A stretch of DNA of 64,000 nucleotides from Ylistrum balloti (lineage: Eukaryota), in contig NW_026782546.1 of assembly GCF_031769215.1 (NCBI RefSeq), positions 62,001 to 126,000 on the forward strand, in the 5' to 3' direction. Each line of letters starts with the position of its first letter. The first letter of the stretch is position 1. A program made the position numbers and the translations under genes. Shown here one piece after another: positions 37,331 to 50,580 of this stretch. Under the pieces are notes generated by a model. The model made no database searches, was not told the origin of the DNA, and saw nothing but the letters and a program-made list of their open reading frames with translations.

Positions 37331-38789
37331 TTCATTGAAGCGTATGTGATGTGATGTGTATTTGAGTTGGACGTATACCGACGTATAAGTAACATATATC
37401 AACGTACCTTCGACGTATACACAGCGGGGGTTATAAAATTTAACCATGAAGTCATACGCACGCGCTCACACACCTGTGTGACCCATTGACCCCAGTGTTC
37501 CCGTACCATTGATTAATTATATATATATATATATATATATCTAAGTCGGTGTTATATATATATGTTCATATTTCATAGATATATATCCCCCATATGCTGG
37601 AAATACGCATGTAATACACATGGGATAAGTTGGCTGTACGCTCAGAACACGTTAGGCATAAGTTGACTACGTTAGACTGTTGTTAGAACTACCATCATAA
37701 CGTTAGCCATTCGTTAGACACACGTCAGACACACGTTCATTATATGCTCCTGACCCACTCATTCTCAACGTATGAGAAGCGTACTCGACTATGAGTAACG
37801 TACCATCAGCGTACCTCTAGTGTGTTTCAGCGTATGTCCAAAAAGTCCATACGTTCCTCATACGCTGGCTCTATACGTTAGAGTGTGACAGCGCCTTAAA
37901 GGACTGGGCTATAAGCTGATCACAGTGAACAACAGTTTGAAGTTATCTGCTCAACTATGGATATTTTCATAAGGATTTCAAATTTTTCTTTTACTACCTG
38001 TTCAGAAATTGCTCCTTTAAGGGTGTAGTCATTATTAAGAGGGAGATAATACATTTAAGTTATATAAATATAGTTGAAAATAATTGTATGGGAAAGTATA
38101 TATATCAAAAAACAAAAAACAAAACAAAAACCGAAATATCATGCATGTTTTCATCAAATTCAAACTTTTTGGATGGTAGAGATTAACACACATCTTTAAA
38201 ATCGCCTGTCCTACCATCAGTAAGCAGCAACGGAGGTGTAGTTTTTATGTCAGCGTGTTAATGATTTAGAGAATAAGAAGTTAGAAAAACAGTTACACGA
38301 GTAGCAGATCCATTTCTTCAGAAGAGAATTCGAACCACCAAGTCGCCAAGCAGTACCTTTTCTTGTGTCCATATCAACGATGACATTGACTAATATTAAA
38401 AATAATTTGTTGGGATAGGTGTATGATAATGTTCATTTACCAGGTATAAAAGTACCGATACATTGAAGAGGAATCCAGTTTAGGCAATGCCAATCCGAAC
38501 GCTACCGTTAATGGATATACATGTATTATAGACTTCCTCGGTTGAAAGGTCAGAAAAGTACACCAATGAATTTGATACGTTTAGATAAAATTAAGATATG
38601 CAATATACTTGCATATATCGTCTCATTTCTGAGTTAGTGTATAATTCTCAACAAGACTCATTTGTTAAGTTAAATCGTTCAGGAATCCCTTTTTCTTAGG
38701 TTAATTGAAGAATTTGTTCTACGTCATAACCACAGTCCTGAAGTAAGATTTTCTATAAAAATCATAGTTTGTATAATAAAAAAAAACGT

Positions 38790-39800
38790 TAATTCATTCA
38801 TTCAAACATTTTATTTACCTTAATCTAGAGGGATTTGGCACAAGATTTAGCAACTTACCAGGCCTTCTCCCGACTTAGTTATAATATACAATCGATACAA
38901 TTTACACGTGATGACAAAAGGTATGAGAACTCAAAAGATTTATTGAACAGCACAGACAGAAAGGAAAAGGGAAGTGAAATGAGACAAAGTGTGAAAAGGA
39001 GGATAAGATGTCCCGATTGCAATGGTTGTCCACTAAGTTCTTACAAATCTATTTGTAGATATTATGAAGGACCAAACAAAAATGATAATATCGATCAACA
39101 TTTGTTTAATACAAAAGCCCCCAAAGAAGAGTACCAAGATCAGGAATAAGCTGATAATCAATATTTGCATGGGAATGTAAGAGTTCTGCTCGCATGTCGG
39201 GAATTAGGGGTACGTATCTTCATTTCCATCACCGCAATGACAGACCGGTGTTAAAAAAATACCTGCACGGATTAAATCATTTTCAGATCACTGCAGTTAT
39301 GCCTTAATCTTACTAAAAGAACGGATAATATCGATTTCTGACATTCAAATATGGTGCTAAGATGTGTGACTCATGCGATACTTTTCTAATGAATGTAGAA
39401 GCGGATAAACTATATTTTACCGAATTATCAAGTCCATTCCAAAAGCTAATTGAAGAGAGGATATATGACTTTGAACACATATAATCTATAGCAAGGCATT
39501 TGGTAGTTGTTTGGGTTACGGAGTTCACGACTTTTTTGGAGCAAGCAGATCATAAAGGTAATTTGAAGATAATTTATTATGAATCTTATAGGAAGTAGAT
39601 TTTAGTTACCTACCCTGTTTCGAGATAAAGAGCATCACAAGAGGCTATAGAGGGAAGACCAGACACTACTCGGGCAACTTCTAATTGTACCTTTTCCAAG
39701 ACATTTGACAGTTCATGTGAATCGCCATCTCACACACATGGCGCGTATTCGATTGACGGTCTAACGAAAGATGCATAAACAGCACCAAAGAGGATTAATA
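38790..39800 (-). mobile_element. 5'-truncated LINE (same group as 56355-59375), 3' end intact
   Basis: Minus strand gives SFVRPSIEY...LEKVQLEVARVVSGLP and SFWNGLDNSVK. It ends in AATAAAATGTTTGAATGAATGAAT (polyA signal plus a TGAA tail). Confidence 0.8.
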
Positions 39801-39959
39801 ATGTCTATGTAAAAGAAAGAACTATCGTATCAACAATGCACAGGGACTTGCAGACAGGAATATATTTTTTCTCATTGTATATGGTAAATAACAGGAGAAT
39901 AAAACATTTAATGCTTTCTCATGAAATAACCGCCGGTGTAAAGGCTTTATAAAAAGCAT

Positions 39960-40330
39960 GGCAAAGGGTCATGATGACCTATAACCATTGTGCTTCGTCC
40001 GTCGTTAGCCGTGTGCCGTCCGCCGTGAGTAAACATTCGACATTTCAAAGTTCCACTAGTGGAATTGCGCTCCAACTTGCATGAAATGATACTGATATGG
40101 TCCTGATCACATGTTGTTATTTTTCGGGTATGTCCGATATCCAAGATGGCCACCATCTTGAAAAACATATTTTAACTTCTCCAGTTCCACAGGTGCCATT
40201 GAGCTCAAAATTGGTTGGAATGTTAAGGAAAGGTAGCCAACAACGTGTTGTTATTTTTCGACTTTGTCAAAACTTTGACCTGATAGCCAGGGAGGCCATT
40301 TTGTAACATGATTACGCAATCATGATTTTC
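39960..40330. mobile_element. HINE/pearl-like repeat
   Basis: CATGGC.AAGGGTCATGATGACCTAT start, CGTCCGTCG...CCGTCCGCCGT core and CCAAGATGGCCACCATCTTG unit. Confidence 0.55.
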
Positions 40331-41499
40331 CCGTGGAACAGCGGTTTTGAAGTTCTCAAGTTCCACCAGTCGGATTTAACTACAACTTTCGTCTTGCTTG
40401 CGTGTTATGTAAGCTATACCGGTATTTAGTTGAAGTCTGGGACACCGTGAGGTGAGTACAAAAATATCAAGTTAAATCTATTATCTAGAATTTTATATGG
40501 ACAACAATTATGTTTTTTAAATTAAGCTACATACATTTTTCAGTTTCGAAATATTAAGTTTGATATGATACGCGATGTAATAGATATATGAACATTTCAT
40601 GTTGGTGATTAGTAAAGTGATTTGACCCGTTATGCCATATTTTTTGTACGTTTCTAAGTCTTTTACTTCCTTTATTATTATTATATATTTTCAATTACGT
40701 TCGTGCCTTAACTTAATTCAAATATTCTATTATAATTCATTACCTGAATGAAGATGACACTGCTGCATAACAAGTGCTCATTAAGGATACATATGTATAT
40801 ATCACGGATTTTTCAATTACAGTCAATGTTTTTAATGACTGAAACTGTTTTCAATGCTTTGTGTGACATTTGACTACTGTTTTAAGAAGGATCGACTTAC
40901 TACTTATTATATCGCTCTGTTAACTTGTTATGTGGTTGTCAAACAAACAAAATTCAACAACCCGAAGAGTCCTTCGAAGTGTAAAAGCCGCTAGTTTAAG
41001 TCCGGCGTCATTTCTGAAATATTCTTAATTCTTAATCTCACATGGATTTATTATGCATTTTGTTAATTATATCTTTTTTGTGTAAGTACTTGTTTTATGT
41101 TGATATGAACGATTCAGTATTTCAAGACATCTGACTACAATTATATACAAAGTTCCGAGCTATTCATTCGTGTATTGACGTCATCCCTCACGACCAAATA
41201 TAAACTTTTACCTAGAATGTTTCAAGGTGAATACCTAGATAAAAATGACGTGTGTACAACACTGTAAAGTAGGTAGTTATCGAAAAGTAGACATAAATTC
41301 CTGGTAAAAACCACGTTCGTTGTTACACGTCATTGTGTAAAAACCCCACTATTTTCAAAGGTAAGTTTCACTTTAAAACCATTTTGAACGTTTGTCAATT
41401 AATAGTAGTTTAGTGTTTTAATAGGTGAATAGAGCATTGCCGAAGGAACACTTGGACGACACGCGTCACGTGACCTCGTTTCGCATTAAAAGTAGGCGT

Positions 41500-42440
41500 A
41501 TCTATTCCACAGAGACTTGTACAAATATCAAAGGATAATGTATATAAAGAAAAAGAGTTATATATAGATAACAACTTGCTTTTAGTCATTAAGAATAATA
41601 CCAAGAATGGAAAAGAAATGGTATCGTACAATATACTTAAAGAAAAATTTATACAAAAGATTCTGATGCCAGACTGTAAACCCTTAGCAGAAATCAAACG
41701 GGAAGAATATTTTCAAAACAAAGGAGTTGAAGTAAACGACTGGGGGCAAATTTGGGGAAAAGCAAAATTTATAGCAATATGCCAAAAGTTGAAAAATTTT
41801 GAATGGAATTTCTTACATAGAATAATCTATATAGAAGCAAAATTGTAAGTCATTAACAGATCTGATGGGAAATGTACACTTATTTTACCTCTTCAATTAT
41901 GTACAGCAGTTCTTTTTGAAAATTGAATACAGAATGTCAGACAACTTTCCATGGAAAAATGAACTTGTTGATGTCATTAGGACTGAAGATAAATTTCTTC
42001 TTGGTAATTTTGAAGATAAACACAAACACATTATTATGACAATAACTACTTGTATGAAATACACCATATGGAAGATAAGAAACATTTTTTAAAATATCAA
42101 CACAAAAACATAAATACAGAGTCTGCATATATAATATTTAAAGAATTATTACTTGATAATGTAAAAAAAATATACAAAATCCATTTCTCTGAAGGATAAA
42201 GATAGTTACATATCTCTACTTACTTCCTTTTGAATTTTCAACTTAGTAGGAAGAGTTCTGTTTACAGATTTATTTTTCTTGATATCTGTGTCAGCTGTTG
42301 TTTTGCTAACTACTGTCTTATGCATTAATTGTAATATCATTGAATTTATTTTTAGGTTTCAAATCAGTCAAAAGAACAACTGAATAAATGAATTAATTAA
42401 TGATGAATAAAGGAATGAAAGAAAATGAATGAATGAATTA
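41500..42440 (+). mobile_element. L1/Tx1-like LINE 3' fragment
   Basis: WGQIWG...KLKNFEWNFLHRII, HLF...VQQFF and KYTIWKIRN match the zf-RVT/C-terminal region. The tail is AATAAA followed by (GAAT)n/(TAAT)n at about 42385-42450. Confidence 0.75.
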
Positions 42441-43163
42441 ATTAATTAATACTATTGATGGGGAAACTTCTCAATCTCTTGCACCCATGAAATATGTTGG
42501 TAAATGCAGAATTGTAATATCTATATAAAGGGACGTTAAATATTCTACCATGGAAAAATGTTGATAATGCAAGTATGTATTTAATTGATATGTTAACAAC
42601 ACTAAAAAACGTGTCTTGTTTTGACAATGTCCAGTCTGGTAGGGCTTCCGCCAACCACTGGACATTGACACGGCGAAGTGTTTGTTTTTGTCAATTTTAT
42701 CAGACTTGGAGATTGACAGTTTTTTTAATGGTCCAAAGGGAGATAACTCTAACTAGGAATGAAAGGAGTGTGTATGAGGATGAAAGTAAAGGTATGTCGG
42801 ATGAAAGCCCTCTTGTATGAGGAAACATAATGTTACCTTTTCATTTGCCTTTGGTTAAATAAATAATTTTCCTCTGAAGAAAAGGTAGGCGTATTCACTA
42901 GACGACGCTAAAGGGGAAAGGTCCAGCTTTATTACATCATTTTAAAATAAATAATAAAAAATATGGAAAAGAAATTGTGGCAATAAACCCTCTAATACAA
43001 GGGATTAAAATTTTGAAAGGAAAAATAATATTCTATGAAAGACATCCCACGATAAAAAAGACTCTTGTGAGAATATAAGGTATATGTCGTACATTCATTT
43101 TACAATCTATATATTATCGTTCATGCCTTCACTCTATTACCCAGGCACAAATCAAGCACTGTA

Positions 43164-45815
43164 ATGGTCAGAGGTGAAGAAGATGAACCAGACGGTCGAT
43201 ATGGCTGTCGAGTTACAGACAAAGCGAACAAAAAGAAGATATTACATTCTATATGCATTTATGGCGCTTTCTTTTCACTCGTAAGTAAAACGATTTAGAG
43301 AACATTTTGAAAAAAATGTATAATCCGATATAAAATCGATTGATTACTGTGATTTATAGTGATATAAAAGTCATTGGTAAACAATGAACAGCTTCAGTTT
43401 GAATGCCTGCTTTTTTAAGATCAGTGTTATAATGCAAAGGACACATAACCCAAGAACATCTTGCAAAATGTCAAGTTTAATTATGCAGCTATTCGTTCTT
43501 GCCAGAACTCATCAAAGATGGTCCGAGCCTTAAATGTGGAAATATAAGACAAGACAAGAAAGAAAAAATATAATTATGATAAATATATCTAAATACTAAG
43601 GTGTACTGTATCTGTATTTATATTTACTGTATTTTTATATTAAAAAATACAACGCACATGAAAATAGATTTTGCCACACTAATCTTGAGATATTCCGTGT
43701 TTCATATATACCGAATTCATCAATTCAAACAGCAATTGGTTAAAATCGTCCGATACATATGACAAAATGTAAAGGAAGATGCACTAACGACATGAGTTTT
43801 CATTATTGAATGATTTTGGAAGAACGTCAAGTATATGTTGGAAAGCCATGCAACTACATCTAGGACAACTCCACTGAAACAGTAATGTTTACCCAATGAT
43901 ATTTCATAGGATTATATAGAAGATGGTACAAGCTGATCAATAGAATAACTTTTCAAAGAAAGATAGTTTAATTCGTTGAAGAACAAACATTCGCATAACA
44001 ATGATAATGTCAGAAAACGACTAATTTTTTCCCGAATGCATTGTTGTGCATTGAGTGATTAATAATTCTGACATAGGTATTTGACAGGTAACAATCAAAT
44101 CGATCTTGTTTCTGACCAAATGTCACTATAAACAAATATCCACATCTGTATCATTACAGGGCTGGATAAGAGGACTCTACGGCCCTGCATTGATCGACAT
44201 ACTGTTTATAAGTGGCGTGACACTGGACCTTGGATCCTTAATATTTACCTGTAACTCCATTGGTTATGCATTGGGATGTATTGGTGGAGGATATCTGGCA
44301 GATAGAGGGAACCGGAACATTCTGTATGGAGTAAGCCTAATTTTACTTGGGATTCTAATCGCAGCCACTCCATGGTGTTACGTGTTTGCGATGATGGTTG
44401 CCGTTCATTTTGGACAGGGCATCGTTACTGGTATCATAGACACAGGTAATTCTAAAATGGTATGAGACAATTGACTCTTTGGTCGAAACCCCCATGCCTT
44501 GAGACTGAAAAATGTGTTAAATTGGTAATGAATCATCGATAACGTTGGTATAAAAGCATGATTGAGTTTTGTCCATTTCGTTAAAAAAAGTGCCGACCAT
44601 GTGTTGTTAATCCTAAATATCATAAATAAAACCATTAATCAATAAAGTTTGTTGAAACGAAATCATGCGAGACAATATATTTGATATAAACCTTGTATTG
44701 CATTGTTGATTTCCTGATTCCAGTCCATGCGGTGGTCATATGATTTATAAGGAACAAAACTTATCTAAAGATATAAAATTATTTTCGCATATTTTGTTTC
44801 AGTTGGTAATGCTGAAATATTATCCCTTTGGCGTGATGAAAGGATGATGTTTTTCTTCCTGGAGCTGATGTTTGGGACGGGGATATTCGTATCACCGTTC
44901 GTGGCTGCGCCTTTCCTTCTGGATAAAGACTCCCAATTTGATGCATCCAATGACAGTTTTCATGAAGTGATCATACCGAGCCACACCGAGCAAAGAAATA
45001 TAACGGACACAGTCGCAAAACAAAGCTCACAGCTTTTCATACCATATACTATAACTGCTTTTCTGTACATTTGCCTCTGTGTGCCATTCTTTATCTTTTG
45101 TTTTCTTTCAAAAACGGAAGTATCACATGAAGTAGAAACCAAACAATTGAAAGAGAATGACAGCTTACCATTGAAAGACATTGCTATCTTTATTGTTATC
45201 GGTAGCAGCGTTTTGTTTCTAGGGATGGCTTTAGGAGAGGGGTTCATATCCTATTTAGCTGTTTATTGTGTCGACCACTTGGGTTTTAATACAGCTGAAG
45301 GAGCCGTGATCAGTTCTATTTCTGGAGGATGCAGCATAGCAGCTGTTGTTGTGTCACTTTTCGCATCTTCTTTAAACACACTGGTATACCTTTGCATTCA
45401 TATAGTCGGTACATTGGTTGGTGTTGCGTTTTTTCTAATCTTCTCTGTGATAAACTTTCGTGCAGGAGTGTGGTTGTTCGCTGGAGTTATCGGTTACTTT
45501 AGAGCCATGATATTTTCATTGATGTTGACCTGGACTAACGAATATATAACTCCGATGACTGGTAAGATTACTTCCGTATACATGGTAAGCACGAGTGCAG
45601 GATGTGCAATAGTTCCGTTTTTGTTAGGAGTGCTGATGGAGACTTACACCAACCTATGGCTCTGCTATCTGTTTCTCATACTAGGAACGATGTTATTGGT
45701 GGTTTACAGTATTGGTATCATTTTCACCAAGAAAATTGTCACGATGTACGGTAAAACTGGCAACAGAGTAAAAAATGACCTGAAACCGGAAACAGCACCA
45801 CTACATCATGAATAG
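43164..45815 (+). CDS. MFS transporter, MFSD4/NAGLT1 (sodium-dependent glucose transporter 1)-like, 471 aa
   Basis: Exons 43164-43280, 44160-44445 and 44803-45815 total 1416 nt, all with GT-AG junctions and consistent phase. Motifs are GLYGPALID, GGYLADR, GIIDTVGNAEILSLW and GIFVSPFVA, with multiple hydrophobic helices. Confidence 0.9.
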
Positions 45816-46384
45816 CTGCATTTCAGCAGCGAGATCAGTGGGGAAATCTGTCGGAAACAGTTTTGTTCAAGCTGATGGGAAAACTATATATCGTATATTC
45901 GAAAACTAGTGTAACACTAATGACTGTTTCTCAAATCGAAGTATTCAACAAAAATTCCAATAGTACTATTGCACATCTGTAAAGCCATTATGGCTGACAA
46001 GCAGAAAACATATTTGCTAAATATAGTTGAGTAATGCATGTGCATTGATTTTACATGGTGTTTGCCGTCTTTGAGGCAAAAAAATAACAATTTTCCTTTG
46101 TTAATAGTTTACCCCCGGTGGTTTGAATTACAGTTTTGTAAATATGTCGGTATTTTTGTGTTGGTTTTGTGATTTGGTTTGACTAGTATGTATTGATTTC
46201 AGGATAGCATTATATACCATTATTGCCATATATATCCAATATTAATGATTGCACTGATCAAAAGTCATTTTGCCCTTTGATTGCTGTCTAATCACTTTTG
46301 AAAATAAATTTAATTTTATCTATTTTACATCATCTGCGAAACATGCTATTCCCAACAAGTACTAACCACACATTTGGATCAAGA

Positions 46385-46520
46385 AGGAAGCAAGCGGTGG
46401 GTCTAATTTTGGGAGGGAACCGGAGTACCGAGGAAAACCCATATGGTCAGGCATGTGACCCATATCATTTAACGTCATTTACGGCAATCGAACCCCAGAC
46501 GCAAGTGCGTTACGATTAAG
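46385..46520 (-). mobile_element. tRNA-derived SINE fragment (V/Meta-type core)
   Basis: The minus strand has a B-box-like GGGGTTCGATT followed by GGGTTTTCCTCGGTACTCCGGTTCCCTCCC, which resembles the conserved V/Meta SINE core. Confidence 0.55.
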
Positions 46521-46539
46521 TATTTGGTATTCACGTATA

Positions 46540-47288
46540 ATTATGGATGCTGACTACTCTGTATCAGGGGATGAACTATTCACCAAACTCAAATGGTTAC
46601 CTTTTAGCAAAAGAATGAACTACAATGAATGTATACTAATGTTTAAAGTAGCTAACAAACTGTGTCCAAACTACTTGGACTGTAATATGCTTGTGTCCAG
46701 TGTACACAGTAGACAAACTAGGGCATCTACTGCTGGTAACTATATCATACTCAAACACAAAACTGAAAAGTTTAAAAATCCCTTCCTATATACTAGACCA
46801 ACTTTGTGGAATCAGCTTCCAGTAAATATCAGAGAATGTGGAACCTTACCAACTTTTAAATTTCATTGTAAAAAATTCATCTCTAATTTACCAACCTAGA
46901 TCCACATTTTTATGCCAGTCTTATTTTAGCCCTAAGATAGTATGGTACCTTTATGAATGTTGCCAATTTATTGTTTTAATTATCAGTCCTGTATCCCTTA
47001 CAAAACCTCGCTAATTTAGTCCTTTTATTATATTATTAATCACTCTATAACCGTTTTATATATCTCTTCAATATGTGCCTTTATCATTACATTTGTTTTA
47101 TTGATGTACATCTTAGTCCTTCATGATTATGCTAGTTTACTGTGATATTTGTGATTTTTATATCATATGTGGTGCTGTAATCTTAATGTTGTACATTTTA
47201 CTGTCGGCCACTTGTTAGAAGAGTCTTGTACTCAAAGTGTTATCGACTCTTAAATAAAGTCATTTATTATTTATTATTATTATTATTC
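46540..47288 (+). mobile_element. 5'-truncated CR1/L2-like LINE with (ATT)n tail
   Basis: ORF 46543-46899 contains LFTKLKWLPF..R...LMFKV...HSRQTRAS...LWNQLPVNIRECGTLPTFK. There is an AT-rich 3' UTR, AATAAA at about 47252, then TTATTATTATT. Confidence 0.85.
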
Positions 47289-50200
47289 ATATCAGTATTT
47301 TTTTCAATGAAATGAAAGTTGAAAGCCAATTTGATAGTTAACTTCATCAATCTTAAGTGTAGATATTAAATCATATCAAATCATTCATAATATTTCAACT
47401 CGAATCTGAAATCTTGGAATGGTTATTTCCATTTATTGGTTAATAAATAACGTAGAATAACTTTATCGTGAACTTTTATTAAATCAAGACCAAGTATGCT
47501 TTTAAACATATTTAGTTCTACTAAAAGTTTTTTATTATAGCTTATACCACCACAGCAATAATGATATGAGAATTTTTTATATTATCATTGGTGATCATAT
47601 AATTATTCCAGTGATGATAAATCTATCATGACCAATCAGAGAGGTGCTTTCTATTCGCCGGTTTTCCTTTAAGGATGCAAATGACGCATAGTTTGCATTA
47701 TTCGGTTTACCATAAGATAATTCCGTGTACATTTCTGCTTTTATCCAATGTGGTATATAAAACAATTTTGTAAGGGATTCTCGCCAGATAACAGCATAAA
47801 ATGGTAGAATTCAACGTAAAGCAGCGTTATCAAAATGGCTTCTATAGATATTATATCATACTCGTTTAATATATATGATATTAAATGGGAAACCATTCGG
47901 TATCCTCCATTTTTTACTGATATCACGTCAACTAAAGTAAATTATCATTTCATTGAATTTCTTTTTCTATTTCATTTCCTCCTCTACCATTTACTTTTTG
48001 GTAAATATGAAGAATATACAGAGCTGGGGAAAATGAGAACAAAACAACCTTTCACTGCACATTAAATTACATCCCTACGAATTCCTATTCCCCGATTCTT
48101 TTGAGATATACATGTGCCAGTTAATTTAACATTCAAGGGATCGTTCTTGTTGGTACAATTTCCGTAAAAATGTAGACAATGTATAATTTGCAGTAACATT
48201 TTTAGAAACATGCTTGCGTTAATTAAGTCCCTCATGTGTTCGTAGCCAAGCAAAACGCTCCTTTCAACCATTGATGACGTATTAGCTTCACCTACTTTCC
48301 AGTCAATTTGTTAATAGATCAGTAGTAAGAGTAATAGCAGGTCGGGCATACGAAAAGGCTCAACATGTTTCTCTGTGTGAAATATCACAATCTCTATCAG
48401 AGTTATCGTTCCTTAACAGTGTCAATACACGTCTATAAACGGCTCACGAACTACCAATAGTTGACCTTGTGGTCAGGGTCAAAGTTTAACGTCATGCAAA
48501 ACTATGGCGGTATCCCTGATATCACCAACGAAGAACACAGCTGTATATTGTTTTATATTTGAACTTTTTTTAAGGTTGTGTGCCACATTTGTAGACAAAT
48601 AAGAATCAGTTATCACTGATATTAGTTTATCAACATGCATACCAAGAGTACAAAATCCAAACACGACTCAAAGTCAAAATGACCGATCACGTTTATAACC
48701 ATACAAACAAATGTAGACCTTTTCCAGATAAACATCGATTTTCAAAAGGATAAAACAAATAACAAAACAGAAAAATAATGAAATACTTTATTATTAGACA
48801 GGGTTACGTTTATCAAGAAGCTTGAAATGGCGTGAGCCGTTTACAGAGATGTTATTTGGGGTACGGCAATGCACTCTGGGAGAGATTGGGATTATCAGTC
48901 TAAATTATTGTATTACTGATTCCTTGTGTACATGCCTTTTGTCCTGTCTACCTGTGAATTGTAAAAGTATTAGTTCACAAAAATAGATCGATATTACAAC
49001 GGGTATCGTGGGCATCGACAAGTGACCATGACGTGAGATTCAGTACGTTTCTTTCAAATGGAGACTGGGATTTATGTATCATTCCGTGTAGAATTATACA
49101 GTTAAGGTAGGTGACAATGTCAAGTGACATATAATTTTATTTAGTCGGTATAGCTTAATTGAAGTTGGTCCGTGGATTAAGAACATCTCAACCGTTTATC
49201 GTCTTTGTCGACGTTCTAACAATACCGACAAACTCACCTGAAGCGGAGAAAAGTGAATTGGAATATGTCAATAAGATAGTCATCGTACTCTCTACATTTC
49301 AACGCCACATTTGAACATTTCGTTATGATAACCAGCTGTCTTGACAGCAAAGATGGCCGCCATCTTTGGGCTTGCGGCAGATTTGATTAATACATTTTGG
49401 ACGAGTAAGAAAGCATCCAATGAAAAAAGCGTTATATAGCCATTATTTGAGCATTGCTTTGTTCGATTTCATGGGAAGATGCATTGGGTTGCCTTTGTGA
49501 TAAATTTAATGAACTGGGTTTACTTCAAGAGCAATTCCATGAATTTAGATTAAATAAATGGAGATTATAGGATGCTTCATTGTGTTCATCACCAGTATCT
49601 TGTACGTAACGAAGTAACTGTGCATATCCTCATTAGTATGTGTGGTAGTTTCATTACTGTTTACCCTATTTGAGTATTTCTATTTGAGGACGTAACAAAC
49701 ATGGTTGGTGTCAATAAAACACGCGCCTATGCCCCCGGACCTCTGTTAGCACGTTTTCAGTTGTGTATTTGCTCTCATATTTACAAAAGACATTCAGATC
49801 AGTTATTATCAAAACAGCACTTAACCATCAATGTATTGTCCCGTCGAGGCGACCGCGTAGTGGATATACGTTTCCGTCCGTACATATGTTAACTTTTTAT
49901 CATTGGTCTAGCAACTTTCTTTCTTTGATCAAACTTTACATATTGGTCAAGCATCATAATACCTTGGATGTGTTTGTGTTTCGGCGTGTCATTATAAATG
50001 GAAGCGAGGGGATTGTTTTAATTAAAAATTTTGTAAGTTACATGGCAAAAGCATCTCGATGGATTATTTAAAAGGATATCAACGTTCTCAGCGCCTTTTT
50101 GTTACAGGTATTTTCAGAGAAAATGACAAGCATAACGGCATAAACTGCACACGTAGTTACTCGGTACACTTCCAACCCTACGGTCCGAAAGTAAATTCGT

Positions 50201-50391
50201 GCCGAATCTTGCGGGTGAGATTCTTTAAACGGTGATGTCGTTCGTGAATTACACAGAATTGAACCATTATTCGTAATAGATTTAGAGTTATGTACGGTAT
50301 TTAAGTGGGAGAAAGGAGAACAAACCATCCGTAAAGCATGTAAAGCGTGTAGAGATTTAAATACCTTACATGTGTATGTATACACTTTCGC

Positions 50392-50522
50392 CATGCATAC
50401 CTGATCATAAGATCTAGATAAGCTAAGGTATCCGTATGGTGTCTTCTCCTTTCTCCCACTTTTAAAAAAGAGTTATATATAAGTTATATAGCTTATCTAG
50501 ATCTTATGATCAGGTATGCATG
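50392..50522. repeat. Perfect 34-bp inverted repeat around a 63-bp spacer (MITE remnant or hairpin)
   Basis: CATGCATACCTGATCATAAGATCTAGATAAGCTA (50392-50425) and its exact reverse complement (50489-50522). Confidence 0.95.
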
Positions 50523-50580
50523 ACCTTAGTACAAATTGTAATGTAACAGGACAAAACACCACCCGACAGCGAATTTGATC

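Noticed and set aside
37896-38020. Kolobok-like mini-element (TTAAAGG...CCTTTAA)
   Set aside because: Only about 8 bp of inverted match, which is within chance in AT-rich DNA.
38320-38350. tRNA gene (GGTTCGAATTC on the minus strand)
   Set aside because: There is a B-box only, with no cloverleaf or A-box. At most it is a SINE relic.
49350-49368. YY1 palindrome AAAGATGGCCGCCATCTTT as a promoter, plus a minus-strand donor TTCAG|GTGAGT near 49238
   Set aside because: AAGATGGCC.CCATCTT also occurs within repeats in this window (about 40143). No supporting downstream exons were identified.
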